This document shows positions 1 to 12,238 of a stretch of 64,000 nucleotides of DNA, one piece after another. This stretch comes from Rebecca billardiae RCC1528 (taxonomy: Eukaryota; Protista; Haptophyta): the NCBI GenBank assembly GCA_965240325.2, contig OZ251230.1, forward strand, positions 1,364,001-1,428,000, read 5' to 3'. A model generated the notes under the pieces. It had not been told where the DNA came from, did no database searches, and saw nothing but the letters and a program-made list of their open reading frames with translations. The translations under genes were made by a program, and so were the position numbers. Position 1 is the stretch's first letter; each line of letters begins with the position of its first letter.

Positions 1-1071
1 CGCCGCGCGCACGCACGCGTGCGCGAACGGCGCGTCGTGCGGCGCGAACGCGCGAGCGCCCATCGCCGCGACCGCGGCGAGCGACGCGGTCGCAATGGAC
101 GAGGGCGGCGCGAGGAAGCGCTCGAGCGTGTCCGCGGCGGGCCTGACCTGGAGGTCCTCGAACTCGGTGGGCGTGAGCTTGTGGTACACCGCGCCGTCCT
201 CGCGCTGCATCGTCAGCACCCACGCCAGGCCCCACCGCACCTCGTCGAGGAAGCGGGGCGTGCCCGGCACCGCGAGCGGCGGGAGGCTCGAGTTGGTCGC
301 AGACAGCGAGCGCGCGATCGCGTCGCCAAAGTGCTCGTGCGCGAGGAGCAGGTTGCCGATGGAGAAGGCCGTGTTCACCGTGTACTTGCCGTAGTCGCCG
401 GCGTCGTGCCACCCGCCCGCGGCCGAGAACGCGTGCGCCGGCCCCTCCTCGCGCGTGTGCGCGCGGTCGACGGTGCCGTCGTGCGCGTGGCACGCGCCGT
501 GCCCAAATGACTCGCCGTCGCGCGCGATGATCGGCCCGATGGCGACGCCGCAGCGCGCCAGCGTGAAGCTCTCGACGGCGCCGCGCAGGGGCTCGTGGAA
601 CACGTCGTCCGCCACGACGAACGGCACGGACCACACCACGTGACCCAGCCGAACGCGCACCGCCTGCAGAATGTACGTGCCGGGCGCCCGCAGCTCGGAG
701 AAGTCTGCGATCCACGTGAGCCGCCCCATGTCCGAGTGCTGCGACGACTTGACCCAGTCGCCGCTCAGGACGACGTCGTCGGCCAGGCAGCGATACGCCT
801 GGTCGCCGAGCTCGGGGACGCCCCAATGGCAGTGCCGCACCTTCCAGTGAACAGGCTCGCCGTAGAAGCGCGAGAACGGGATGGACGCGCGCTTCGTCTG
901 CGCGGGCGTGTACCCGACTGAGTTGAGGCGCACGTCCGGGCCGGGGACGCTCGCCCACGGCAGCCAAAACGCACGGCTCCCGTCCACGAGGAGCGCCACT
1001 ACCACCACCGCCAGTCGCCCCGACCAATTCCGGCGGAGCGGCGGGTGGTGAAGTCCAGCGGCGGCTCCCAT
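1..1071 (-). CDS. Secreted glycoside hydrolase family 9 (endoglucanase) with N-terminal CelD-like Ig domain; 3' end runs off the window
   Basis: Manual translation of the minus strand from ATG 1071: MGAAAG...RLAVVVVALLVDGSRA (signal-like), VRLNSVGYTPAQTKRA (CelD_N-like start), GGWHDAGDYGKYTVN (GH9 motif, ~376-417), FLDEVRWGLAWVLTMQREDGAVYHKL. Not in the ORF track because no stop falls inside the window. Confidence 0.9.
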   Translation of the reverse strand, partial: MGAAAGLHHPPLRRNWSGRLAVVVVALLVDGSRAFWLPWASVPGPDVRLNSVGYTPAQTKRASIPFSRFYGEPVHWKVRHCHWGVPELGDQAYRCLADDVVLSGDWVKSSQHSDMGRLTWIADFSELRAPGTYILQAVRVRLGHVVWSVPFVVADDVFHEPLRGAVESFTLARCGVAIGPIIARDGESFGHGACHAHDGTVDRAHTREEGPAHAFSAAGGWHDAGDYGKYTVNTAFSIGNLLLAHEHFGDAIARSLSATNSSLPPLAVPGTPRFLDEVRWGLAWVLTMQREDGAVYHKLTPTEFEDLQVRPAADTLERFLAPPSSIATASLAAVAAMGARAFAPHDAPFAHACVRAA

Positions 1072-1315
1072 CGTGGATCCCGATCCCGACGACGGTTTCA
1101 ACCTTTCAGGGGCGACGCACAATAGATTACCCGGGCTCGATATGAGTCGCGTGCTCGATTCATATTCAAGCACGTCTTGGCCTCGGTCCGGCGGCGGCGG
1201 CAGACATTGATCAAGCCGAGCGGGAGGGACGCATTTTTGGTGCTGCAGGCTGGGGACAACAGCATCAGGGCGCTTCACGGCCGCGCGCCCTTGGAGGGCG
1301 CTTGGCGTGGGCACG

Positions 1316-4300
1316 ATGCTGCGGGCTCCAGGTGATCGGGTAGCTCCATTCGGCGAGATCGTCCCCGGCTCGCCTCGGTCGCGTCTCTCGCCGAGCAAAC
1401 GAGTGCGCGCGGGCGCTCGCGCGCGTGTGCGATCCGCGCTCGTGTGCACTCGCTGCGCGTGCAGCGCAGCCCTGGCGCGTGTGGTGGGACGGCCGCGTCG
1501 GCGGATGGGGCGTGCGTCTGAGCGCCATCGTCGCCCGTGCCGCCCTCGCCTGCGCGCGCGCGGCGCGCCCTCGCCGCGCAGCGCGAGGAGGCGCTGATTG
1601 CGGCCGAGGGCACGCGGCTGGCCTTCTCGCACAACCAGCGGCTCAACGCGCCGATCAACGGGCTGGTGACGAACCGCACGTCGACGGCGAAGTACACGTA
1701 CTGGAACTTTATCCCGAAGAACCTCTTCGAGCAGTTCCGCCGGCTCGCCAGCTTCTACTTCCTCGTGGTCGGGCTGATCCAGGCGACGACCAACCTGTCG
1801 CCGACCGGCAAGTGGACGACGCTGCTGCCGCTGTGCTTCGTGATCTCGCTCAACGCGATCCGCGAGCTGTTCGAGGACGTGAAGCGGCACCGCTCCGACC
1901 GGCTCGACAACTCGCGGCGCACGCAGGTGCTGCGCGACGGCCAGCTCAACACGATCGCGTGGCAGCTCGTGCAGGTGGGCGACATTGTGGTCGTGAGCGA
2001 CGGCGAGGAGTTTCCCGCGGACTGCCTGCTGCTCAACGCCGAGCTGGACGGGGGCGAGGACGGGCAGGACTGCCTGGTGGAGACGTCGAACCTCGACGGC
2101 GAGTCCAACCTCAAGCAGAAGCACGCCGTCGCCCTGAACGACCCGCGCGTCGGCTCAGCGCCACGCACGCTCAAGCGCACCGAGCTGCCGCGCGTGCAGC
2201 TGCGCGCGGAGTACGAGCCGCCGTCGAACCGGCTGTACAGCCTGTCGGGCACGGTGTGCACGTGCGACGAGCGCGGCGAGCCGACGGGCCCGGCGCAGCC
2301 CGTCTCGATGCTCAACGTGCTCCTGCGCGGCACGACGCTGCGCAACACGCCGCGCGTGTTTGCGCTCGTGCTGTACGTCGGCAAGGACCTGCGATCGGTG
2401 CGCAACTCGGTCGCCACGCCGTCGAAGCGCTCGAACGTGGAGAAGCGGATCGACCAGTCGGTGCTGCTCATCTTCGTCTGCCTGCTCGTGATGTGCGTCG
2501 TCTCGTGGGTCCTCGCGTACATGGAGCGCGCGCTCAAGCCCGGCCACTGGTACCACGACGCGGGCGACCCGAATCAGTCGTTTGCGCTGCTGATCACGTT
2601 CCTGATCCTCTTCAACAACCTCGTGCCGATCTCGCTGTACGTGACGGTGGAGGTGATCAAGTTCATGATGTCGCGCTTCGTGGAGGACGACGTCAAGATG
2701 TACGGCGTCGAGCAGGACCAGCCCGCCACCTCGCGCACCTCCAACCTGCACGAGGACCTGGGCCAGGTGCAGTACGTCTTCACCGACAAGACGGGCACGC
2801 TCACGATGAACGAGATGGTCTTCTCGCGCTGCTCGGTCGACGGCGCGGTGTACGGGCACGGCGTGCCCGGCGGCGGCGGCGGTGCTGGCGGCGGCGGCGG
2901 CGGCGGCGGCGCGCGAGACGCGAGCCGCCGCGCGTCCGTCTCCGAGCTCCTGCCCGCCGCGCCCGACGACAGCCCGTTCGACCCGTCTGAGCTGCGGTAC
3001 GACTTCCGAGAGGGCGGCGAGCGCGCGACGCGCATCGACGAGTTCATGACGGTGATCTCGACGTGCCACTCGGCGATCCCGGTGCCGCCGGGCGAGGCGC
3101 AGGTGGCGCGCGCGCGCGCGAGCGGGGCCGCCGCCGCCGGCGGCGCGGCGGTGACGACGTACAAGGCGGCGAGCCAGGACGAGGGCGCGCTGCTGTCGGG
3201 CGCGGCGCACGCGGGCTGGGAGTGCGTGACCGCGCAGCGCAACCTGGTGGTCGTGCGCGTGTTCGGCGAGGAGCGGCGGTACGAGGTGCTCGCGGTGAAC
3301 GCGTTCACGCCGCAGCGCAAGCGCATGAGCGTGCTGCTGCGCGAGGGCGCGACGGGGCGGCTGGTCGTGTGCTGCAAGGGCGCGGACGACGTGATGCTCG
3401 AGTCGGTTGTGCAGCGAGACGACGACGGCGGCGGCGGCGGCGGCGGCGGAGGCGGCGGCGGCGGCGGTGGCGGGGCGAGTGGGCACGCGAGCACGGGCGG
3501 GGCGACGCCGACGCTCGGCTCGCGCCGCGCGTCGCACACGCCCCGCCCGCGCGGCGCGGGCAGCGGGCCGCAGTCCCGCTCCGCCGCGCAGCCGCCGTCC
3601 GCGCACGCGACCACGCTCGATCACCTGCACGCGTTCGCCTCGCGCGGGCTGCGCACGCTCGTCTTCGCGATCGGGTACCCGGACGAGCCGTCGGTCGAGC
3701 GCTGGCTCGCGTCGTATCGCGAGGCGACGCTCGCGGCGGAGAGCCGCGAGGAGCGCCTCGAGGCCGTCGCCGAGCAGCTCGAGGTCGGGCTGCGGCTGAT
3801 TGGCGCGAGCGCGATCGAGGACCGGCTGCAGCCAGGCGTGCCGCAGACCATCTCCGCGCTGCAGGACGGCGGGATGCGGATCTGGATGCTGACGGGCGAC
3901 AAGATGGAGACGGCGATCAACGTGGCGACCTCCGCGCACCTCATCTCCCACGACAACCCGCTCCTCGTCGTCGCCTCCCCCGAGCAGGACCCGGCCGAGC
4001 GCGCGATGCTCGCGGCGGCCGGCGGCTCAGGCGCCTCGGTGTCCAAGCTGCTGAGCGGCAAGATCCTCGCGAGGCTCGACGAGCTCGAGCAGTACCTGCG
4101 CAACGAGCGCTCGCGCGCGCGGGACTGTGCGATCGTGATCGACGGCCGCTCGCTCGCCGTCATCTTCGACGAGCTCGCGCTGCAGCGCAAGCTCATCCGC
4201 ATGTCGCGCCAGTGCTCGGCGGTCGTCGTGTGCCGTGTGAGCCCCCTGCAGAAGGCGCTGGCGATCCGGCTGGTCAAGCGGCACGTGCAGCCGACGCCGC

Positions 4301-7300
4301 TCACGCTGGCGATCGGCGACGGCGTGAACGACGTGTCGATGATCCAGGAGGCCGACGTGGGCGTGGGCATCCACGGCTTCGAGGGCACGCAGGCCACGCG
4401 CGCGTCCGACTACTCGATCGCGCAGTTCCGCTTCCTCGCGCGGCTGCTGCTCGTGCACGGCCGCACCAACTACCGGCGCGTGTGCACGACGTTCCTCTAC
4501 TCCTTCTACAAGAACATCGTGATGGTGCTCACGCTCTTCGCGTTCGGCATGGACTCGGCGTTCTCGGGCTCCTCGCTGTACGACGGCTACCTGATGGCCG
4601 TCTTCAACGTCTTCTTCACCTTCCTGCCTATCGTCGCGCACGGCATCTGCGAGGTGGACATCTCGCCGTCCGTGATCGCCCACTACCCGATCATGTACCG
4701 GGACGGGCAGCGGAACACGGAGATGAACGCGGCGCGCATGCTGATGTGGCTGCTCGACGCGCTGCTCCACGGCACCGTCGTCTACTTCATCGCCTCCGGC
4801 TGCCTCGGCCGCTGGGCCGACGACCCGTACGCGCTCAGCTCGCAGGTGCGCGGCACGATGGTGAACGGCGTGCTGGTGCTGGTGGTGTCGTACAAGCTCG
4901 CGCTGCACACGTCGCACTGGACGGTGATCAACGTGCTGTTCTGCGCGCTCTCGACGTTCGCGTGGTTCCTCTTCATCGCCGCGTACTCCTTCCTCGGCAT
5001 CCACCTCAACCAGGACTTCAACTGGGTGGGCGTGTACGCGATGGGCGCGCCGTCCTTCTGGTTGACGCTCATCCTCGTGCCGATCGCAGCGGTCGGGTAC
5101 GACGTGGCGGCGTGGTACGTGGCGACGATGTACTTCCCGACGACGCGGCGCGTGCTGATGGAGATCGACCGCGGGCACTTCGCCGCCGACCCCGACGCGC
5201 TCGCCTCCGCCGCCGCGCCGCCCGGCGCCGACGGCGGCGGCGTGGGCGCGTCCGCGTCCGCGTCGCGCCGCCCGTCCGGCGCGGGGCTGGGCGCGTACGA
5301 GGAGACGATGGGGATGGGCGAGTCGGCGCAGGCGGGCGCGCTGCACACGGTGCTCTCGACGGCGATGACGCGGAAGACGGGGACGAACGTGCACGACCTG
5401 CTCCAGCGGCGCGAGCAGATCGCCTTCGAGGACTCGATCGAGTCGATCATGCGCGAGGAGCGCGCGGCCACCGCCAACCCGCTGCCGAACGGCGGCGGCT
5501 ACGACTGGGTGTCGAGCGTGCAGCGCACGTGGCGCAAGCTGCGCTCGAACGCGGGCTCGTTCACCGCGGCGCTCTCGGGCCGGCGCCGCGTGCAGCGCAT
5601 GCACCCGCTCTGGCTCTACTTCAGCGACCGCGAGTACGAGCTCTCCTTCATGGTCTCCTTCATGCGGCGCAACTACCAGCTGGTGATCTTCTCGGTGATC
5701 GCCGTGATGCTCGTGCTCGCCGTGCACGCGTTTGTCGGGCTGGCGGACGGGCTGATCCGCGGGACGACGGTGGCGGGGCTGGCGATCGAGCTGGGCACGT
5801 TCGCGCTGATCGTGTTCTTCGGGCTGTACGTCCTCGTCCTGCGCTACTCCAGCTGGCCGCGTCGCTTCTTCGAGGCGCAGAACGTGGTGCTCTACTCGCT
5901 GGTCGGGTACGGCCTGTTGTACGCGCTCTCGGCCGCGCGCCCGCTCGTCATGCTCATCTTCCCCGTGTTCATGCACGCGGTCGCGCCGATCCGGTGGCAC
6001 CGCACGCTGCCGCTCGTGCTGCTGCACCACCCCGCGTTCGTGCTGCTCGAGCTCTTCCAGAACAACACCTTCGACCCGCTCTCCTCCTTCCTCTGGCTGG
6101 TGATCTTTGTCGCGACCACGATCGTCGGCCGGCCGCTCGAGCTCTCGGACCGGCACGACTTCCTGCTGCAGCAGCGGCTGCACGCGATCAAGTCGCGGAA
6201 CGACGCGATCCTGGACAACATGCTCCCGCCGCACGTGAACGCGCGGCGCAAGAAGGGCGAGCAGATCATCGCGAGCACCGAGCGCTCCGTCTCCGTCATC
6301 TTCTGCGACATCCAGGACTTCAAGCAGATTGTGAAGGACCACTCGCCCGCCGACCTGATCCGGCTGCTCGACTCTGTCTACTCGGCGATGGACAAGGTGT
6401 CGGACCGGCTGGGCGTGACGAAGATGGAGACGGTGGGGTACACGTACATGGCGTGCGCCGGGCTGCAGGGCGCGCCCACCTCGGACAAGGGCCACGCGTA
6501 CGACGCGGTGATGATGGCGTACGAGCTGCTGCGCGTCGCCTCGGGATTCCGCACGGTGAGCGCTCGGCCGATCGTCGTGCGGATCGGGATCAACTCGGGG
6601 CAGGTGCTGTCGGGGGTGGTGGGCGAGTCGAAGCCGCAGTACTGCCTGATCGGCGACACGGTGAACACCGCCGCGCGGATGCAGTCCAAGGGCGAGCGCA
6701 TGGAGATCCACATCTCCGAGGCGACGTACCTGCAGCTGCACAACACGGGCGTGCACGACGAGTTCGACTTTGTGCAACGGCAGGTGAACGCCAAGGGGAA
6801 GGGGCTGCTCACCACCTACCTCGTGCGGCTGAAGGGGCACCCGGGCGCGTCGGCGTTCGACGAGGGCGGCGTGGGCGGGAAGGCGCCCGCCATCGAGCGC
6901 GCGCGCGGCGAGCACGGCTCGAGCCGCGCCATGCACGGCGCGGGCGGCGACAAGCACCACTGGGCGGGCTTTCGCAGCCTCTTCACGCCCGGCGGCGGCG
7001 CGGGCACGCCGCGCGGCGCCGCCGCCGACCGCCGGCACTTTGGCGATCGCGGCTCGCCGGCGCAGCAGCACAACGGCGGCGGCGGCGGGAACGGCAGCCC
7101 GGCCCTCGCGCACACGCCCGAGGGCGGGCCCTCGCCCGACGGCCGGCGCGACTCGATCGGCAGCTCGGGCGGCGGGGCGCACGACGCGGCGGCCGCGGCC
7201 GCGTCGGCGGGCGACCGTCTCGAGCGGCGTCGCTCGTCGACTGCGCTCGTCGGGCTGATGACCGACCCGCTCAACCGCGGCGCGAACACGCAGCGGGTGC

Positions 7301-9512
7301 TGCTCCCCGTGGACGAGGAGACGCGCCGGCGCGAGGAGGCCGAGATCCGCCGCGACATGCGCTGGTGGGACCTGCGCTACGTGCCGGAGGACACGCGACT
7401 GCTCGAGACCGTGTTCGCGCGCTCGCACGCTCTCTCCTCTCTCCCCGAGATGCGCCGGGCGCTCGGCCTGCTCGCCGTCGGGCAGATGTGCTACTGCGCG
7501 TCGCAGGGCGTGACCGTCGGCTCGAACCCGGCGCGGCGGAGCACCGCGATCGTCGCGACCAGCGCGTCGATCGTGCTGCTGCTCGCGTGCGCGGTCACGT
7601 ACACGATGGCGCCGGTCGAGTCAGCGCTGCGCATGTCGCCTTCGGACGAGCGCACCAACGAGCGCATCCGCGCGTTTGTCGTCTTCGCGTACATGGCGTA
7701 CGGCGCGATGATCCCGCTGGCGCAGATCGCGAAGGGCGCGTACTTTGGCTCGTTCTCCTCCGCCACGCTGATCGCCTCCGCCGCGCTCGTCTCCTCCGCC
7801 GGCGGCATCCGCTTCCTCGAGGTGTGCGCCATCTCCTCTGTCTGGTTCTTCTCGTGGGTGCTGCAGGGCATGGGCGGCGGCTTTGTGCGCGGCGGCGCGC
7901 CCATCACCGTCTTCGCGGTGAGCGGGCTGGCGGGGCGCGACGGCGAGATCCGGAACGACGACGAGACGGTCTCGGGCGTCACGCTGCGGTGCGCGCCGCG
8001 CGCGCCCCGCGCCGCGCGGAGCGAGGCGGCCTCGGGCGCGCAAGCGCGTGCGCGCGCCGCGCGCGCCGCGCGTACCGCGCCGCGCCGCGCCGCGTGCGCG
8101 GGGCGGGCGCGCGCGCGCTCACGCGCACGCGCTTGCGCGCCGCCGCCGTGCGCCCATGCTGCGCTCCGTGCTCGTGCGGCCGCAGGGAGCCGGACCTGCA
8201 CACGCTCATCGTGCTCATCTTCTTCACAATGGTCGCCGTCTCGTACGCGTCGTACACGTCCGAGTTCTCCAAGCGCAGGCTGTATCTGCTCCTCTTCCGG
8301 ATGTGCGCGCGGCGCGGCGCGGCGCGGCGCGCCGGCGGCGCCGCCGGCCGGCCGGCCGCCGCCCAAGCAGCCAGCCGCGACTGAGCGCGCGCGCGCGTGC
8401 CCGCGCACGCGCGAGGCTCACGCGCGCGCGCGCGTGCTCGGCCGCGCGCCCCCCTTCGCGCGCGCAGGCACAACGAGCTGAGCCGCACCGACGAGCTGCT
8501 GCACAACATGATGCCGGTCTCCGTCGTCTCCAAGCTCAAGGAGCGCGTGCAAGTCGCGGAGCAGCACGACGGTGCGCGCGCGGCGCCGCGGCCCGGCCGG
8601 CCCGAGCGCGCGACGCGCATACTCGGCGCCGCGGACGGCGCGGGCGCGGTGCGCGCCGCCGGCGCCGCTCACCGTCGGCAGTGCCGCCTCGCGCGCTCCT
8701 GCCGCCCCGCCGCGCGCGCCGCGACAGGCGTGCTGCTCCTCTACTCGGACATCGCCGGCTTCACCGCAATGTCACACGCCGTGCGCGATCGGCCGGAGGA
8801 GGTGATTAAAATGCTCAAGCACCTGTTCAAAATCTTCGACGCGCTCACGCTGCAGCACGACCTGTTCAAGGTGCAGACGATCGGGGACGCGTACATCATC
8901 ATGAGCAACGTCGACTCGACCTCGCGCGTCGAGGGCCACCGCTCGCAGCAGGCGATGCACAAGGCGCAGCAGAACGCGCAGGCCATGATCCTGATGGCGT
9001 TTGACATGCTCAAGACGCTCGACGAGTACCCGGCGCCGCACGGCAAGCCGCTGCAGATGCGCATCGGCATCCACTACGGCTCGGTCGCCGCGGGCGTGAT
9101 CGGCACGAAGAAGCTGCGGTACGACATCTTCGGCACCGACGCGCTGCTGGGCAACGCGCTCGAGTCGAACGGCGTGCCCGGCGGGCTCGTCGTCTCGGAG
9201 GAGGTGGTGCCCCTTGTGCGCTCGCTGCCACAGTACACGCTCGTGCAGCATGAGCCCGTGCGCGTAGAGGAGGACGGCCGGCTGATCGGCGAGACGATGA
9301 CGTACCGCGTGCACCACTCGAACCAGCTGGCGATCCAGCGGCTGATCATGCGCGGGCCGTTCGAGCGGCTCGCCGATCACAGCGAGCGGAGGCGGCGGCG
9401 CGAGGCGGCGCGGCTCGCGGCGGACGCCGAGGCGAACGGCGACGGCGACGACGACGCGGGCGCGATCGTCCGGCCGCCGAGGGTACGCGTGCCGATGGGC
9501 GCGGGACTGTGA
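1316..9512 (+). CDS. P4-type ATPase (lipid flippase) fused to a two-domain transmembrane guanylyl cyclase; exons 1316-1402, 1582-7988, 8186-8302, 8468-8571, 8728-9512
   Basis: ATPase motifs ETSNLDGESNLK, NNLVPISLYVT, FTDKTGTLT, KGAD, MLTGDKMETA, AIGDGVNDVSM, followed by TM blocks. Cyclase 1: IFCDIQDF...KMETVG...PQYCLIGDTVNTAARM. Cyclase 2: LYSDIAGF...KVQTIGDAY...RYDIFGTD. Four GT...CAG introns (1403-1581, 7989-8185, 8303-8467, 8572-8727) join all segments in frame. Confidence 0.92.
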
Positions 9513-9914
9513 GGCTGCCATGCCAGCAAGGCCATCATCATCAGCGATATTTACTCGATCATCGCAGTGCCGACACCTCAGGAGTAGCCTAGTATCTGTC
9601 AGAAGCTGGAGAGTCAGAGAGGAAGGAGATCACTGCTGGAGCCTGTACATTCTGTCAGTCCCGGAAACAATAAAATGTTACCGCGAGGTGCGACCGCGTG
9701 AGCATGGCGCGAGGACTCCGAGGAGTGCTGCGCCCGTCACTCAATGCAAGCCCGCCGCCTGTTTGGCTTGGCCGTTGGGTGCCCGGTTTAGTTTTGTGAG
9801 TCGATCCCGGCCGCGGATCCGGAAGGGCAGACTACCGCCAGTTCGCGCGCTGCTTTTCTTTGTCCGGTGTGCAATATGCACCGGTGCGCACGAATCGAGT
9901 CGTCCAGTGGAGCA

Positions 9915-11696
9915 ATGTCGACGCACCGAAATCCACGCTGGCGTTGGGCGGCGGTGCTCATCGCACTGGCGGTGGACGCTCGACACTGCCGGCCGGGCTC
10001 GCGGTCGCGGGCATGCCGTCCGGATCCGCCCCCGCCGGCCATCGCGTCGCCCCCACCTAGTCCCTCGCATCACTCGCGGCGGAACTCTCACAGGCGGCAC
10101 GGGCATGACCGGCACACGTCGCCGTCGCCGCCGCCACCGCCGTCGCCGTCGCCACCGCCGCCGGTGCAATCGCCGCCACCATCACCGCCAGTCCCCGTGC
10201 ACCACGTGGACTGCTCGCACCCCAACTCAGGGAGGCTACGGCGAGAGTGCAGGTACATGCCGAACCCGCCACCGCCGCCGGGCCCACCGCCAGGCCCGCC
10301 ACCACCCCAGCCACCATCGCCGCCCGTGCCGCCCGCGCCGCCGCCGCTGCCGCCGTCACCCCCCGCGCCGCCTTCGCCGCGCTACGCGATGGAGTACGAG
10401 AACGAGGGCTGCGGCTCCGTCATGGAGCTCCGATTCGCCGTGTCCGCGCTCGAGTGCGCGCGACTGGTGGGAGCGGGCTTCTTCGCGTTCAACGAGCAGA
10501 CGCACTACTGCTTCAAGTGCACGTCGCGGCAGGTGCGCACGCGGCGGGCGCACGACGGGTACAACGTGTACCAGGCGTGGCACCGCCCGCCGCCCCCATC
10601 CTCGCCGCCGCACGCGCCGCCGCCGCCGCCGCCGCCGGTGATCAAGTTTGAGCGCTGCGCGCCGCCCTCGGAAGGCGACGTCCGACTGAGCGAGGACGCG
10701 GACACAGACCTGGCGGTGGTGCTCAACGTGTACCGCGAGGGCGGCTGGTCGTCCGTGTGCGCGAGGGGCGAGGCGCACGGCGACGACGAGCTCTCGCGAC
10801 TCTCGACGGTCGCGTGCAGACAGATGGGCTACGCCGCGGGCGCGACGCGCGCCTTTGTCGGGCGCGACGCATCGAGCATGCAGACGAACCCGCCGCTCGA
10901 GTGCAGCGGTGCGTGCGCCGCGCTGCGCGCCGCGACGGCGCGACGGCGCGGCTGGTGGCGCGCCGCGCCGCGCGCGCGCGCGCTCAGCCCCACCCTCTGC
11001 GCTCGCCCCGGCGCGCACGCCCTCCGCGGCGCAGGCGGCGAGCCGAGCTTACACGAGTGCGAGGTGCCAAAGCACGAGCGCCGCTTCGGCTGCTCGGCGC
11101 GCAGCGTGCTCGCCATCGAGTGCGCGGGCGAGATCGTGTCAGACCTGCCGCCGTGGTGCGACGCGGAGGAGGCGTTCGTCGGGCTGATTCAGCACCAGCG
11201 GGCGGAGGCTGCGCAGCCGCGCGCGCTGCCGCGTGCCGAGGCGGCGGGGACGGGGCCGGGGAGCGCGGGCGCTCGCTGGTCGGCGCTCGTGCCGTGTGCC
11301 GCCGCGCTCGTGACGCTCTTGACAGTGGCAGCCGCCGCACTCAGGCTGCGCAGGCAGCGCGGATTCGCAGGCTCGCTGGGCCGATGGCTGGACAGCGCGC
11401 ACCTGTCCGCCGCCGCGCGCGCGCGCTGGGTGCTTGCACGGCAGGCGCCAGAAGTGGCGCGAGGACGGATGCCAGGGCCACGGCCTGCACGCGTGGGCTC
11501 GCAGACAGTGGACGGAGATGTGAGAGATGTCGATGCCACGTGTGCACGCGTGGCGTCGCGGAACCCGCCCTGCGACGAGCGCAGCGAAAGACATCGCGAC
11601 CGGCCCTCGTCGCTGCCACCGCCATCGCATCCAGCTCCTCGGCCCACCGCTGCTGTTTCGGCGAGCCGCAGTCCAGCTGGGCTTCCGCTGGTCTGA
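9915..11696 (+). CDS. Membrane protein with signal peptide, SPPP/proline-rich stalks, an SRCR domain and a TM helix; intron 10909-11034
   Basis: MSTHRNPRWRWAAVLIALAVDA signal; extensin-like Pro runs; GDVRL...VYREGGWSSVC...VACRQMGY...LECSG|GEPSLHEC...LAIEC matches the SRCR Cys pattern once the 126-nt GTGCGT...GCAG intron is removed; hydrophobic ALVPCAAALVTLLTVAAAAL. Confidence 0.75.
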   Translation: MSTHRNPRWRWAAVLIALAVDARHCRPGSRSRACRPDPPPPAIASPPPSPSHHSRRNSHRRHGHDRHTSPSPPPPPSPSPPPPVQSPPPSPPVPVHHVDCSHPNSGRLRRECRYMPNPPPPPGPPPGPPPPQPPSPPVPPAPPPLPPSPPAPPSPRYAMEYENEGCGSVMELRFAVSALECARLVGAGFFAFNEQTHYCFKCTSRQVRTRRAHDGYNVYQAWHRPPPPSSPPHAPPPPPPPVIKFERCAPPSEGDVRLSEDADTDLAVVLNVYREGGWSSVCARGEAHGDDELSRLSTVACRQMGYAAGATRAFVGRDASSMQTNPPLECSGACAALRAATARRRGWWRAAPRARALSPTLCARPGAHALRGAGGEPSLHECEVPKHERRFGCSARSVLAIECAGEIVSDLPPWCDAEEAFVGLIQHQRAEAAQPRALPRAEAAGTGPGSAGARWSALVPCAAALVTLLTVAAAALRLRRQRGFAGSLGRWLDSAHLSAAARARWVLARQAPEVARGRMPGPRPARVGSQTVDGDVRDVDATCARVASRNPPCDERSERHRDRPSSLPPPSHPAPRPTAAVSASRSPAGLPLV

Positions 11697-12238
11697 TCGC
11701 TACAGATAGGACCACCACCGCTGCTCCGCGACGAGTGCGCCGCCGAGTTCGGGCGGGGCCAAAGCCCGAGTGGCGCCGGACCGTGCTGGCACTTGCTGCC
11801 ACTTGCATGGCTGATGGCAGCGCTGCGACCTCGGACGATATCGGACTAATCGGACTCTCAGCAAGTGGCCTCCGCCTCAGACCTCGATCAGTCTCAGAGA
11901 CTCTCTCTTTTAAGATTGTGCCTACGTATACTGCTACGACTACTCAGCCTGTACTGAGTACTACATAGTACACTGGTAACACTGTACGAGTCCGGTACGA
12001 CTCGCGATCGACCGTGTATCATCAGATGAGTGATGCAGGCGTCGTCCACTGCTCTGAATTGGATGCTGATGAGTATATAGTAGCCTCGACTACAGTCTGC
12101 TGAGAATCTCAGAGAGTCGCGACTGACGCAGACGACTCAGTCTGAATGACTAACAATGCTGACGAGACTGATGAACGTAACCTGCACTAGTTCTGCAGCC
12201 TCTGAGAACGTACGGTCTGCTGATATCGCCCCTGGTGG

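Noticed and set aside
2155-7428. Long antisense and alternate-frame ORFs over the major genes (also over MOCOS, the channel and 53.5-59 kb)
   Set aside because: Expected shadows of very high GC3 codon usage; low-complexity Arg/Ala/Pro products.
7989-8481. Arg/Ala-rich C-terminus of the 2314-aa ORF, and a separate cyclase gene at 8397-9512
   Set aside because: Both are intron read-through; splicing gives one continuous protein.
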